This document shows positions 57,644 through 64,000 of a stretch of DNA of 64,000 bases, one piece after another. Source of the stretch: Candidatus Eiseniibacteriota bacterium (lineage in GTDB: Bacteria; Eisenbacteria; RBG-16-71-46; CAZAMP01); the NCBI GenBank assembly GCA_965224245.1, contig OZ245046.1, positions 5,152,001 through 5,216,000 on the forward strand. The letters are read 5' to 3'. Each line of letters begins with the position of its first letter. Positions within the stretch are counted from its first letter, which is position 1. A program made the translations under genes and the position numbers. The notes below the pieces were generated by a model. It did not search any database and was not told the DNA's origin. It was given only the letters and a program-made list of their open reading frames with translations.

Positions 57644-60600
57644 ATGAATCTCAGAATCGGACGCCCAGTCCTCGTCGTGCTTGCCGCAATCACTTCGGTC
57701 GCGGCGATGACCTCGGCTTCGGCTCCGCTCACCGGCGGTGGGGATCGAGCCGCATGCTGCAACCAGTCGCACGATGTCGGACTCGACTTTCGCCGGGACA
57801 GCCCGGGAGCCGTCCCCGAGGCGGTCTCCGGATTCCAGCTTCCCATGGACAACCATCACTACGGTCTTTGCTACAAGCTCTGCGAGGCCGTGGACAGCTG
57901 TCCGGGCACGACGTTTCACCCCGGCGTCGATTTCAACGGGCCGGGTGACGGCGATGCGGATTGCGGTCTCGACGTGCGATCCGTCGCGACCGGACTCGTC
58001 CGCTGGGTCGACACCACGACCTGGGGCAGCATCGTCATCGAGCATCTGTATCAGGGACAGACGTGGTACTCGCAGTACGGCCACCTCGAGATCGCCGACG
58101 TCGTGGTGGGTCAGGCGGTTGCCCGCGGCGACAAGATCGGCGAGGTCGGCAAGGTCGGCGCCACGTCGTGCCATCTCCACTGGGAGATCCGCGAGTCCGA
58201 CCATCCAGCCCCAACCTATGGTCCTTTCTGGGACTGCAACGGCTTTCAGAGCCAGACGACGATCGAGGACTGGTACGAGGATCCGGAGGCATTCGTCGCC
58301 GGGCATGGCCCGTACGGAGAGAGCATCGTGGTGAGCGATCCCCTCGCGGTTTCGCCCACTCGGACCGATCCCATGACGATCTTCGCGCTCCCCGACGAGT
58401 ATGCCGGTGGCTTTCCCGAGGGAGGCGAGCGGAACCTCCTCGTTGGCTTTCGGCTCCGAAACGACGGCCCGGCGGACGTCCTTCTCGACAACTACGGCGT
58501 CGAGGTGTTGAAGGGCGGAGTCCATCAGTTCTTTCTCAGGCGCGATGCGTCCGTGTGGCTCCCGTCCGGCGGTGAGACGCCTGTCTTCGACATGAGAGGG
58601 TGGATCACCGACGACCGCCTGGACGGTCTCTCCGCTACCGAATTCGGCGCGATCGTGCAGTACCAGAAGGGAGGCGAGTGGTTCGACGCTGGTGGCGATG
58701 ACGCGACCGCAACGTTCACCGTGTTCCCGCGGCCGCCCTTGGCGGACCGCATGCTCGTCAAGCGTCCGCGAGCCGAGGGCGAGACCGATCCCGAGACCGC
58801 TCGCATCCATCATCATCAGCATGGATTCAAGTGGTGGATAACCAGCTCGACCACCGCCGACAACCTGTTTCCGGGCTGGAGCCAGACGTTCTACGTCTAC
58901 CCGTCAGGTGAAGTCACCGCGCTCGCGGTCCCTCGACACCCCGACCACGACGGCACCACACCGGTCGTCGCCGGGCGGAATCTCCTGGTGATCCGAGAAG
59001 GCTCTCCGACCGTGTACATCCTCGAGCCCGAGCCGAGCGGTGGACCGTTGCGACTACGGCCGTTCGCCGACGAGGCGGCCTTCTGGGCCTATGGGTACGA
59101 TTCCACGGGCCCCGATCACGACCTCGTCACGCAACCCATCCTCGTGGAGCACGGCTGGTCGTGGCTGGAGGCGGCCTACCCCGTCGGGTCCACGATCGAA
59201 CCACCTGCGGAGGACCCGATCCTCTCGGTAACCCCCGACCACCAAGACGTCGACTGGCCATCGGGCAACGGGTTCTTCGACGTCTGGAATCAGGGCGGCG
59301 GCGAGATGACGTGGACCTCCGAGGTGATCGTCGGCGCGGAGTGGCTCCACATCATCGGTGGAAGCACGGGAGTCGACGGCGGGACCATCAGCTTCCTTGC
59401 CGACGTCAACCCGGTCACCGCACCGCGATCGGGGACGATCCGCGTAACCGCGCCCGGCGCCGCCGGCAGCCCGGCCGACGTGGTCGTCAATCAAGCCGCT
59501 GGCCCCGGGACGAGCGTGCTCTACGTCTGTCCTGACGGCACTGCCGAGTACGCGACCATCCAGGACGCGATCGACGCCGCGATCCCCGGCGACGTCGTCC
59601 TGCTCTGCGACGGCGTGTACAGCGGTCCCGGCAACCGGACCGTCCAGTTTCGCGGCAAGGACATCACCGTGCGATCCGAGAGCGGTGATCCGTCCACCTG
59701 CGTCATCGACGTCGGAGGCGCCACCGGATCGGACACGGGTTTCTACTTCGGCGAGTTCGAGTCCGACGCAGCCGCTCTCGCGTACGTGACGATCACCAAT
59801 GGCGGCTGGGCAACCGCGGGGGCGGTCTGGGTGGCGTACTCCTCTCCGGTCATCGAAGGCTGCGTGTTCGAGGGGAACTTCGCGTCGGAGCGAGGCGGCG
59901 CGGTCAACATCGCCGGCGACAGTGAGTGCAGGATCGAGGGCTGCGTGTTTCGCGACAACGAGGCGGTGGGCTGGGGCGGTGCGATCTACCTCTCCGGAAG
60001 TTCCGCCACGATCGTCGGGAACGTGTTCGAGGACAACTCCGCCGACTTCGGTGGTGCCATTCGTGTGTCCGCATCGGCCGACGGGTCGGTCATCGCCGGC
60101 AACGTCTTCCGTCGGAATCGCGGCAAGGGGGCTGCCCTCTGGGTCGGTGCCAACGAGGTGTTGATCGAGGACAACGTGTTCGATCGGAATGGACCGGTCG
60201 CCGGGGGAAGTGACAAGGGCTCGGTGTTCGTCGGCATGGCGTCGCCGACGCTCTCCCGGAACACGTTCGTGAACAGCCGGGGCACCGCGGTCTGGTGCTC
60301 GTGGGAGGCGGATGCGGTCGTCGAGGCCAACATCATCACCGGGTCGGCCGCATGGGGCATGGTCTGCGAGCCCGATGGTGTTCACCTCCCGGAGCCGACC
60401 ATCCACTGCAACGCGTTCTGGGAGAACGCGAGCGGAGACTTCTGCGGCATCGACCTGGGTGGAAACTTCCACCTCGACCCTCAGATCTGCGTGGGAGACA
60501 CGACGTCGTACGGACTGGCCGACACGTCCCCGTGCCGGCCCGGCCAGCACCCGGACGGCATGGCATGTGGTCGCATCGGTGCGAGCGACTCCGTCTGCGT

Positions 60601-60904
60601 ACTGCTCGACGTCCACTCTCCGCCAGAACGGCCGCAAGCGGTCGTGTCCGTATGGCCGAATCCCGTCCGGGGTCAGGTGCGGATCGCGGGCCCCATTCTG
60701 GACGGTACACCTGCCCGATCGTCCGTCTACGACCCCACCGGTCGTCGCGTGTGCTCGCTGGACGTCACCGAGTCTCCAGACCGGGCCAGCGCAATCTGGG
60801 ATGGGTGCGATGATTCGGGACGCCCGGTGCCGCCCGGGGTCTACTTCCTGCGCTGGGGATCGGCTGAGAGAGGGACCTCGGCGCGGATCGTCTTGATCGA
60901 GTGA
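57644..60904 (+). CDS. Secreted multidomain protein: M23 peptidase + BACON-like + parallel beta-helix + FlgD-like C-terminus
   Basis: HPGVD (HxxxD), YGHL and HLHWE (HxH). 'W.....GAEWL...' BACON-like segment. YATIQDAIDAA...GVYSGPGN and repeated F..N.A..GGA. C-terminal PNP...YDPTGRRV...WDG. Confidence 0.85.
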   Translation: MNLRIGRPVLVVLAAITSVAAMTSASAPLTGGGDRAACCNQSHDVGLDFRRDSPGAVPEAVSGFQLPMDNHHYGLCYKLCEAVDSCPGTTFHPGVDFNGPGDGDADCGLDVRSVATGLVRWVDTTTWGSIVIEHLYQGQTWYSQYGHLEIADVVVGQAVARGDKIGEVGKVGATSCHLHWEIRESDHPAPTYGPFWDCNGFQSQTTIEDWYEDPEAFVAGHGPYGESIVVSDPLAVSPTRTDPMTIFALPDEYAGGFPEGGERNLLVGFRLRNDGPADVLLDNYGVEVLKGGVHQFFLRRDASVWLPSGGETPVFDMRGWITDDRLDGLSATEFGAIVQYQKGGEWFDAGGDDATATFTVFPRPPLADRMLVKRPRAEGETDPETARIHHHQHGFKWWITSSTTADNLFPGWSQTFYVYPSGEVTALAVPRHPDHDGTTPVVAGRNLLVIREGSPTVYILEPEPSGGPLRLRPFADEAAFWAYGYDSTGPDHDLVTQPILVEHGWSWLEAAYPVGSTIEPPAEDPILSVTPDHQDVDWPSGNGFFDVWNQGGGEMTWTSEVIVGAEWLHIIGGSTGVDGGTISFLADVNPVTAPRSGTIRVTAPGAAGSPADVVVNQAAGPGTSVLYVCPDGTAEYATIQDAIDAAIPGDVVLLCDGVYSGPGNRTVQFRGKDITVRSESGDPSTCVIDVGGATGSDTGFYFGEFESDAAALAYVTITNGGWATAGAVWVAYSSPVIEGCVFEGNFASERGGAVNIAGDSECRIEGCVFRDNEAVGWGGAIYLSGSSATIVGNVFEDNSADFGGAIRVSASADGSVIAGNVFRRNRGKGAALWVGANEVLIEDNVFDRNGPVAGGSDKGSVFVGMASPTLSRNTFVNSRGTAVWCSWEADAVVEANIITGSAAWGMVCEPDGVHLPEPTIHCNAFWENASGDFCGIDLGGNFHLDPQICVGDTTSYGLADTSPCRPGQHPDGMACGRIGASDSVCVLLDVHSPPERPQAVVSVWPNPVRGQVRIAGPILDGTPARSSVYDPTGRRVCSLDVTESPDRASAIWDGCDDSGRPVPPGVYFLRWGSAERGTSARIVLIE

Positions 60905-61044
60905 TGCGGGTTCGACACGACCCTGCGCGGGCCCCGACTACGGCCGAGCCTCCCGCGCCGGGTCCTCGGTCTCCCGGGACGCCAGCCGGCCGGAGCCGAG
61001 GCCCGATTGACTCACGACGTCCATCGAAGGTGGAAGGAGGGCAC

Positions 61045-61767
61045 ATGTCCACGTGGCAGAAGGCGAGCCTGGTCGGATCGGGGATCGTGGTCGCAGCCTT
61101 CTTCGCCCCCTGGGCAGGACCCCGGATCGGACTCCATGTCGTCGTCGTGTCGCTTCAGATGCTGGAGCGCCATGGCCGAGACTGGATCCTGGTCGGAGTC
61201 ACCAACATGCTGTTCATACTCCTGCCCCTGGTCTGCCATTCGCTCAATCTGCTCGGCCGTGCAAGACGTCGCGTGAGAAGCCTCGTCCTCGTTTCGATAC
61301 CGCTCGCGTTCTGGATACTGGTCTTCGTCTACGCCTCGGCGGGCGCCGGGCGGTCGGTCCTTCCGGCCTCGCAGGAGGTGATGACGAGCCCTGGTTTCAT
61401 GGCCACGCTGCTGGGGCAGCTGGTCGCCGTAAAGGGAGGTTTCATGACGCAATCGGCAACCGAGACCGGGGGGAGCGAGATTCGAACCTCCCCGGCCCGA
61501 GAGATCGATGCCGGCGCGCCCGGCAGGTTTCGTGTACCGGTCACGGTTTTCGTCATCGCGGCGGTCGTCCTGATCGGCAGCGTCATCTGGAATCAGGTCG
61601 CGCAGGACGCGTATCGAGAGGCGTTCTGGAGCTGGGGTGGTGCCGGCGAAGAGAGCGCCAAGCTACAGGTTCAGGTCTCCAGGGTACTCCAGTACGTCGG
61701 GGGCGCGGGGGCGGCGCTGGGGCTGATCCTCGCCATCTTGGCTGCGGCTGGAAGGAGGGAGACCTGA
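61045..61767 (+). CDS. Polytopic membrane hypothetical protein
   Basis: ATG after AAGGAGG. About 6 hydrophobic segments. Confidence 0.6.
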   Translation: MSTWQKASLVGSGIVVAAFFAPWAGPRIGLHVVVVSLQMLERHGRDWILVGVTNMLFILLPLVCHSLNLLGRARRRVRSLVLVSIPLAFWILVFVYASAGAGRSVLPASQEVMTSPGFMATLLGQLVAVKGGFMTQSATETGGSEIRTSPAREIDAGAPGRFRVPVTVFVIAAVVLIGSVIWNQVAQDAYREAFWSWGGAGEESAKLQVQVSRVLQYVGGAGAALGLILAILAAAGRRET

Positions 61768-61840
61768 CCGCCGGGTCCCGGGCACAGACTGCTCGCGGAC
61801 CTCGATCTCCTCCGTCGCCCAGAAGTCGTGTACCCTCCTG

Positions 61841-61865
61841 GGGGGTCGAGGCCGACTCGACCCCC
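61841..61865. other. GC-rich hairpin between the membrane gene and the selenoprotein gene
   Basis: GGGGGTCGAG-GCCGA-CTCGACCCCC, a perfect 10-bp stem with no U tract. Confidence 0.4.
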
Positions 61866-61904
61866 GACCCGCCCACACATGACACCCTATCCCGGAGGGG
61901 ACCC

Positions 61905-63966
61905 ATGAAGAAGATGCTCGTGGCCGCGACGATGCTCGCGACATGGATGGCGTCGACGTCCGCGCTCGCGGAGCCGCGCATGGTGCTCATGGAGAAGCTC
62001 ACGAACACCGCTTGACCGACCTGTCCAGGAGCCAGCCGTGCGCTGGAGGAGATTCTTTCCAAGCATCCGGATACGGTCACGTCCCATTGCCTACCACACC
62101 TGGTGGCCCAGCTCGGCAGACCCGTACTATCAGTACAACGTCCCCGAGAACAATGCGCGCATCAACTACTACGGCGCCGTCTTCACCCCGCACGTCTACA
62201 TCGACGGTCTGATCGACGGCGGATCCGGAGGCGATTGGGAGTCCGTGGTCCTCGACCGGGCGGCCGTCGAGAGCCCGCTCCGGATCGAGCTGTCCGGTGA
62301 CCCCGGTGCCAGCACCATCACCGCGGTAATCACGAACACGAGCGCCGGACTGGTGTCCGGGCAGCTCCGGTTCGTGCTGATGGAGAACGGGCTGTTCCAC
62401 TCGGGCAACCCGCACGACCGGGTCATGCGCGACTTCTTCGCCCCGTCGAGCACCACGGGTGAGTCGATCCTGCTCGCGCCGGGAGAGGAGATCACGCGGG
62501 TCGAGACCTTCTCGGTGGACCCGATCTTCGTCGAGGACGAGCTCCAGTGCGTCGTCTACGTTCAGAACGACGGCACCAAGGAGATCCACCAGGCGGCCAC
62601 GATCTACTTCCAGCTCGACGAGCCCGAGCTGGCGGCGTCCACGATCTCCACCGACGATTCGGCCGGCGGCGACGGCAACGGGCGACTGGACCCGGGCGAG
62701 ACCGCCGACGTGGCCGTCGATCTCTTCAACCTGAACCCGGTCGACGCCAGCGCGGTGACGGGCGTGCTCTCCTCCACCGATCCGGCGCTCACGATCGGCG
62801 ATGCGGCGGGAAGCTGGCCGGACATCCCCGGGGGCACCTCGGCCGACAACGCGGCCGATCCGTTCGGCGTGTCGGTCGACGGCGAGACGCCGTGGGGCTA
62901 CGAGATCCCGGTCACGCTGACCGTGAACGCAAACGACGGCTACGTGAAGGAGATCGACCTCGACCTGCCGGTGGGCTCCCCGACCCACCCGATGGGTCCG
63001 GACGCGGGTCAGTACTACACGTACGAGGACCTGGACCCCTATGACCCGTCACCGGTGTTCGACTGGATCGAGATCGATCCGACCCTGGGCGGCCCGGGCA
63101 CGCTGTTCACGCTGGGCGACGACCAGACCCGCACGACGACGATCCCGTTCGCATTCCAGCTCTACGGCGTCAGCTCCACGACGCTGTCGATCTCGTCGAA
63201 CGGCTTTCTCGCGGTGGGCGCGACGTCGAACCGCGACAACAGTCCCGGCGAGATCCCCGGTCCCGAGGGTCCGCCGAGCATGATCGCCGGCTACTGGATG
63301 GACCTGAACCCGGTCGCCACGGGCGGCGGCAAGGTCTATACGTATGACGACGCGGCCAACGATCGCTACATCGTCGAGTTCTCCGGCGTCGAGCACTACG
63401 ACGGCGCGGGACTCGGACCGGCCGAGACGTTCCAGTTCATCCTGTACGATCCGTCGGTGTACCCCACGCCGACCGGTGACGGCCAGATCGTCATCCAGTA
63501 TCTCGTGGTCAGCGACCCGTCGCGCTGCGCGGTGGGCATCGAGGACCAGACCGAGACGATCGGCACGCAGTACCTGTCGGTCGGTCACCTGAACGCCGCC
63601 GCCCACGGCCTGGCCGCAGGGCGGGCGATCAAGTTCACGACGATCCCGCCGGACGGCTTCGTCTCGGTGGATCCGATCCTGCCGCCACCGAGCGCCGCGA
63701 TGCTGGCCGCGCGCCCCAATCCGTTCCGATCGGGGGCGACGATCCGCTACTCGCTCCCGGTGGCCGGTCACGCCACCGTGCGCGTGTACACGCTCGGCGG
63801 GGCACTGGTCCGGACCCTCCTCGACGGGGAAGTCGGCGCCGGCTGGGGTCAGCTGTCCTGGGATGGCACCGACCGCCGCGGCGTCGCATTGCCCGCCGGC
63901 ATCTATCTGTACGAGATCGAAGGAGCAGGCTACGAGGCGTCGGGACGCCTCGTGCGGCTCCGCTGA
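61905..63966 (+). CDS. Probable secreted selenoprotein: Omp28/thioredoxin-like domain with U-x-x-C (TGA 62013-62015), further extracellular domains and a FlgD-Ig C-terminus; +1 frameshift near 62080
   Basis: ATG after GGAGG and a signal peptide (MKKMLVAATMLATWMASTSALA). Then EPRMVLMEKLTNTA-U-PTCPGASRALEEILSKHPDTVT, continuing in the +1 frame PIAYHTWWP...DPYY...RINYYG..FTPHVYIDG. Confidence 0.8.
62032..62046 (+). other. Candidate bacterial SECIS hairpin
   Basis: CCAGC-[CGTGC]-GCTGG. The loop begins 21 nt after the TGA and has G then U at positions 2-3. A short lower stem TCC/GGA is possible. Confidence 0.55.
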
Positions 63967-64000
63967 TCGACCCTCACTCGACCTCGCCGGGCGAGCCGAC

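Noticed and set aside
62038-62082. ORF-track start 'MRWRRFFPSIRIRSR' for the last gene
   Set aside because: It has no RBS or signal peptide. The real N-terminus is in another frame, starting at 61905.
1-64000. Genome-wide TGA reassignment (genetic code 4 or 25) as the explanation for the in-frame TGAs
   Set aside because: pyrF, yigZ, pckA and many others end in TGA at their expected C-termini. Only two TGAs are internal, and both are in Cys-type motifs.

Overview
A 64-kb, very GC-rich bacterial chromosomal segment with about 45 genes. I found no rRNA, tRNA, CRISPR array, transposase or integrase. Housekeeping genes include pyrF, pckA, yigZ, a fused homoaconitase, M20 and M29 peptidases, a beta-CASP RNase, and ROK, HAD, GNAT and EVE proteins. 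They are interspersed with six large secreted proteins that all end in a FlgD-Ig/T9SS-like C-terminal module, which suggests an FCB-affiliated lineage such as Eisenbacteria, Krumholzibacteria or Latescibacteria (inference). There are also GT-C-type glycosylation genes, three ECF sigma factors and an ECF + kinase-STAND-TPR module. The ORF track misses the most notable signals. (1) Two exported genes are split by an in-frame TGA that lies in a redox motif and is followed by a hairpin, so both are probable selenoproteins: a UshA-like lipoprotein with C-P-U (TGA 23363-23365) and an Omp28/thioredoxin-like secreted protein with U-P-T-C (TGA 62013-62015, plus a +1 indel near 62080). (2) An intergenic pair of inverted ~92-nt conserved cores (48950-49041 and 49369-49460), each closed by its own sequence-different stem. 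(3) A 41-bp AT-rich palindrome between a secreted protein gene and a divergent HTH-like gene. All product calls come from reading motifs by eye; no database search was run.
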